Source: Ascidiella aspersa (lineage: Eukaryota). From it: 64,000 nt of DNA. This document shows positions 58,764-64,000 of this stretch, one piece after another. Position 1 is the stretch's first letter. Each line of letters begins with the position of its first letter. The DNA is taken from the NCBI GenBank assembly GCA_963924565.1, contig OZ004610.1:4712001-4776000 (forward strand). Direction: 5' to 3'. Position numbers and translations under genes: made by a program. The notes beneath the pieces were generated by a model. That model worked only from the letters and a program-made list of their open reading frames with translations, made no database searches and had not been told where the DNA came from.

Positions 58764-61700
58764 ATGAACGGACTGACAAAGCACGTTGCAAGGTTTTTGG
58801 GTGCAAGAACTTTTTCTACTACCTTCAAGACAAATATGCGTCTAGTTCAGTTCACTAAGGGTCCTGCAGGTGGATATAAAAGGTAACTTTAATTGTTTTT
58901 AAAGTCCTTTCTGAAGGCCTGGTTTTAACATGAAGAACAAAAAATAAGTGGTACTGGTAGTAGTTTGTATTCTTTGTAGCATGTTATTTAACTGTTTAAC
59001 AAGTAAGTACAATGAAACACACATGCATTAAAAAAAAACATTTACAAAATACTTTACAAGTTCATACTTAACGCTTATAAAGTTAATTAATGCCTAAAGT
59101 TCAAACAATTATTATGTAAGCCAGTCAGCATTCTGTGGCAGGTACACACCCGATTTTTTCTAAAGCAAAATGTGTGCACACCTGAATTGGTATATTGTGC
59201 ACTTAAACTTGAAATAAGTTAAATTGTCATAGGATTTCCAACCTAAGGTTTGCAAAAAACATGATTGCACACCTCAAAATTTGGTGCTGCACACTCAAAA
59301 TAAGATCTCAGCGTGAAGTGCCATATAATGCAGACTTGTACATAAGAGCAGTGTTGTGAACGAGTTATTTTGAAAGTTTAGGCCTAAGTCAGCCATTCAC
59401 AAAATAAATAACTGTCAAGCAATTTTTATCAATGACCAAGTCAAGTCTTAACGTCATTGTCTACACTAAACTAATCAAGTCCAATTAGGTCAGGTTAAGA
59501 AATGTTTTAAACTTAAAAAAAATTATTTTATATTATGTGTTTTTAAGTGGTGCTGTAGAAATACTTGTAAATTCTATCATCCGATAAATAAATCAAGAAT
59601 AAGCTGACTGATTAGCATTTTGGATACACCTGATATAATATTACTATTGCAACCATCTTTTAAAATTAATGGCTTCTTGTAGTGAATTTCAGGAAATAGC
59701 TTTAAATTTATTTTATAAATTAAACTTTGAGTGGGTTACGTCAAATAATTTGGACTCTGAATAGTTTTGTTTTACAGTATTGGAGTACTAAAAGAAGATG
59801 GGTCAGTTGTGGATCTCTTATCGAGCAATTACAAGTTTCCAAACAACATGGTCGACTTTTTAGCTGGAGGCCAAGACATGATGGATGCAGCTACAAAGTA
59901 AGCTATTTTTTATATTTGTACTATTTTTATAACATAATTAAAAGGTCCTAAAAATATGACTTAAAATGTATATAAACCCTAGCTATTGTAAGGGGTTGTC
60001 ACAAAGTCCTTGAATAGGCTTTGAAATTGTTTTATGAGCAGCTTGTTATTATATGTGTTATAAAAAAACGCCAGTGTACACATTTTCTATTTGGTATTGT
60101 ATTATATATTGCAGTCATACAGTTGGCTTTTCAAATTATATAAAAAGCATATTGAATAATTCAAATTTAGGTCTTTAAAAATATTTGAATATTTTTTTTA
60201 ATTGTTTACACAGTTTTACTTTTCAGATGCTTATCTGGTACATCAACTCCAGCAAGTGAGATTAAAATTCTTTCACCTATCACCAAATGTGAAAAGGTAA
60301 TTATCTGTTTTATTTTTCATTATGGGTCAGCAGTGTTTCGCATAAAAATGAACAAATAATTTTTTTTTATGGTCAAATAAGCAAAATAGATGAAATAAAA
60401 CTGTAGGTATATTTTTTAGGATGTTAACCAAGAACTTTATCTATATTTAGTTGCTAACTTTCTACTTTCTGAATATTCACCTTTCAGATAGCAAAACTCC
60501 AAGCTAATTCCACCAAAACACTGAATTGCCCATAACGATATAGTATCAGATCTTGACCAATAGCCTGTTAGTATATTTTAGTATTTGAGTTAAAATAATA
60601 TCGCTTAGCATTAGGTATTATTACAGACTACCATCCAATACTTACTAGACATTCTTCCAATAAATAGTAATATAAATGTGTCAATTTAAAGGTTATCTGT
60701 GTTGGAATGAATTACAAAGACCATTGTGCTGAACAAAACATGCCTGTTCCTGAAGAGCCTGTCATATTTAGCAAATTTCCTAGTTCCATAGTGGGTAAGA
60801 TATTGCAGCTGTATACTATAATTGTTCGACCAAATATAATTTCTTATTTCACCGAAGATTTTGACAAAAACATAAATATTATTCCAATGTGTAATTAATA
60901 ATACATCACATCACGTCACCATTGAGTATGTTTTATAAATTTTTTATATTGTCGGAAATAATGAAACAAAAGTTCTCTATAAACAAACATATATACTATT
61001 TTATGATTAATTTAATAAACACATGTTGTTTCTTGTTGTATTTTCATTAAACAATCCAAAATTCCCAGCCTTATTAAATTTCTTTGTGCAGCAGAGAATA
61101 ATCTATGCGGTTATCGTGTTTTTTCAAAAATATATTGCAATAACTTTTTTTCAACTCAACAGGTGACGGAGATGCAATCGTTCTTCCAAAGGAATCAAAC
61201 ACTGTAGATTGGGAAGTCGAACTTGCTGTTATCATTGGAAAAACTGGAAGAAGAATTAAGGTTAGTTTCCACTAAAATAGCTTTTTTGTACCTTAATTCA
61301 CGCCTTTCGAGGTATTTGTCAATTTTCAAGATTTTGCTCTTGTCTGTGAACCACAACAACCTGTGTTTAGAATGCACTTGGTTAATTTTGTTACGCATAA
61401 TTTAAGTTGTTTATTGGCTTTCTGTTTGCCCTATCGTTAAGTGGAGTTGCACATCAAAGTAGCTGTACAGCAGTGTTGTAATGACTTCTGCACCAAGTGA
61501 CCCTTTTTTTTTTTTTTTACTTGACTTAAGTCTTTTGGACAAATATTGCGACTTGAATTAATTTAAAATTAATTGACTTTACTTTGGTCCTTACCTAAAA
61601 ATAATTTTTCATAAAATTGGGTCATTTACCGCAATTTTGAATGTAAAACAGAAATTTTGCAAACTATGTGTTGCTCAGAATCTGAAGAATATGCAAATTT

Positions 61701-63255
61701 TTAATAGATTAACATTTTATTTTTGTTTCTGTTTAAACTTTAAAGTAATAGATTTATCCATATGACTAGTCCACAACATTGCTGTACAAACATATGACAT
61801 ATATTTCAGTTGAAAGTCGAGTTTTTTGTCGTTTAGGAGGCAGAGGCCTTCGAATACGTTGCCGGTTACACGGTTGCACATGACGTCAGCGCCAGAGAAT
61901 GGCAGATGCAGAAAAACGGAAAGCAGTGGCTTCTTGGCAAAACTTTCGACACATTTTGTCCACTCGGTCCAGCCTTGGTAACTAAAGACGAAATTCAAGG
62001 TTTGGAGAGTTTGATTTTTCAGAAGTTTACGGTTTGAAGAGGTTTTTTTGATATCAATGTTTATCAAAGTTTAACAATGTGCTGTATAAAAAACGGTTAG
62101 ACCTTATCGACTTTTTAGATTACCTTTACTTAAAAAAATAAAATTCTTGTAGTAGTGAATCCATTTATCAACATTTCACATAAAAATTACTATAGTATAT
62201 TGCAAAAAGCTGCAGTTTTTTCTACTTGAAACAAAAACATTTAACAAATTGTTGTTGACCAAACGGTTCAAAAGTATCTGCAATACAGTGAAGGAGTGAC
62301 GGACGCACAGTTTGGGGTGCTCATAGTAGAAACTTGGAGTGGTCAGGACCCCCTCAGTAATGATAAACCTTTCCTATAAAACACTTTTTTTCGTTGCGTG
62401 AGATTTGAGACGCTCACAGTTACTATTTAGCATTATTTTCCATGACGCGATTTGGCAAAATAATCTGCCTAGCAAACAAACTATTACTTCCAAGTTGTTT
62501 GGTTATTAATAGAAACTTTTACAGTTATCTAATAAAAGTCAACGTTCGTTAAAACTAAACCATTGAAACTTTAGGAGGCGTTCCCTTATATCCAAGTCAC
62601 AATTTTTTTTGTATTTAAGCGAGGAAAGTATCAACTATATAAATTTTAATATATATTACTTCACATAAACCTTGCATTTAGTGACATCATATTTAGCGAA
62701 AAACATTGAGCACCCCTGTGAAAAAACAAGGTCGACGTCTATGGAAGTGGTGCAATTTAGTTCCCTTTGATTTGCAGACCCCCACAATCTGGCCTTGAAG
62801 TGTCTTGTGAATGGAAATGAGGTGCAGAACAGCACGACAGGTCAGCTGGTGTTTGGAGTGGACACCTGCATCGCTTGGATCTCAAAGTTCTGCACCCTTC
62901 AACCCGGCGACGTCATACTTACGGGGACTCCCCCTGGAGTGGGGGTGTTCAGAAAACCTCCCGTTTATTTGAAGGTTAGTTTTTTTTTGCGGAACCGTTT
63001 AAGAATTCTGTTTAATCGGTTAAGGCAGTGGTCGGCAAATTTTTTTGCCACAGCCCAAAATGCTCTTTCAAGAGCTATTGAAGGGCTCATTAGGTTAAAC
63101 CACTTGGACAACAGAGATGCTTTTATTTTGGTTCCGGACCGTTTAGGCTTACTTTCAACTCCGGTAAAACACTGTTTTTTTAGGCAGGCGACGTTGCTGT
63201 TTGCGAGATTGAAAAAATTGGCAAGATTACAAATCCGGTTGTAAACGAAGAATGA
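58764..63255 (+). CDS. FAHD2A: Fumarylacetoacetate hydrolase domain-containing protein 2-like, 8 coding exons, ~313 aa
   Basis: Exons 58764-58882, 59778-59897, 60227-60296, 60692-60794, 61163-61260, 61837-61999, 62778-62974 and 63184-63255, all phase-consistent. Motifs: [83 protein letters not shown]. Confidence 0.95.
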
Positions 63256-63696
63256 TGAGCGCTCTTCAGAAATTGCAATAATCACCAATCATCAATTTCA
63301 CCTGATGTGCCTTATTATTTATTTTATTTCCTGCATTATGCCACTGTTTAACTTGCTGTCAAAATTATTATTTTTTATCGTGCAAAGATATGTGCTTCTT
63401 TTGTTAACAGTAATTTTATTTTGAAATTACTATTGAGCAATACTTTGCCAATAAAAAGTTGCATTGTAAACGGTTTTTAAACAGTTTATTTTGTTCTACG
63501 TTTGCAAATCGATTAGAGCATCCGAACATTAGGGATGTTTTTTGTCTAAAATATCGGGTATCGGGCAAATATAAACTAAACTTTTACAGCAATTTTAAAT
63601 AGCTCACGATAGTATGTTGTTGAATACTTTCTTCTCTAAAAATAATATTCGAGTAAATAGTATACGCTAATAGTTTGATGGCCCCTGAGTTAAGAG

Positions 63697-64000
63697 CAGA
63701 CATGGGCCAAATCCGGCCCGCTGGGTTATAATCTGGCCCGTCTGACAATTGGCTTAAACCAATTCATTACTATTTTTTGATTACCGTATCTATTAACCCC
63801 ACAGAAAAAACATTTATTGTTGATTTGGTTTATTGTTAATTTACAGAAGTCAGATCAACCGCGGTATGTCTTATATGCCAAAATAAAGTTGCTGTTTTAA
63901 AAGAATACAACATCCGCCGCCATTTTGACACCAACCACGCAAACTATCTTAGTGGCCAGTCAACTCAACAACGAGAAACTACTGCGCAAAGATTAACAAC
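63697..64000 (+). mobile_element. 5' end of a SPIN/Buster-type hAT transposon with a BED-like zinc-finger remnant (truncated by the window edge)
   Basis: Left end cagacatgggc...ccggcccg...ggcccg. From 63840 it reads FTEVRSTAVCLICQNKVAVLKEYNIRRHFDTNH (CLIC...KEYNxRRH..T.H motif). An in-frame TAA precedes it, so the N-terminus is missing. Confidence 0.85.

Overview
AT-rich, intron-containing animal genomic DNA. An invertebrate source, possibly an ascidian, is my inference from gene content, intron size and repeat style; the taxon is not proven. Five protein-coding genes can be read by manual splicing: (1) the 5' part of NAD kinase (NADK, - strand, runs off the left edge); (2) an intronless coproporphyrinogen III oxidase (CPOX, 4628-5800); (3) a 4-exon riboflavin kinase (RFK, 11563-14006); (4) an 18-coding-exon Mind bomb-2-like E3 ligase (18017-55585, ~790 aa) whose first domain is split by a 19.7-kb intron; (5) an 8-exon FAHD2-like gene (58764-63255). 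The rest is dense in non-autonomous DNA transposons (many with 8-bp TSDs), foldback hairpins, two hAT transposase relics, a Penelope-like RT relic and a tRNA-derived tandem array. The most notable observations are the concentration of the palindrome TGACGTCA across the MIB2-like gene, including six coding exons; NADK-MIB2 linkage as in human 1p36.33; inverted MITEs bracketing MIB2 exon 3; a tandem B-box array; and a pre-miRNA-sized intronic hairpin. No CRISPR array, rRNA or intact tRNA was seen. All exon models and motif counts are by eye.
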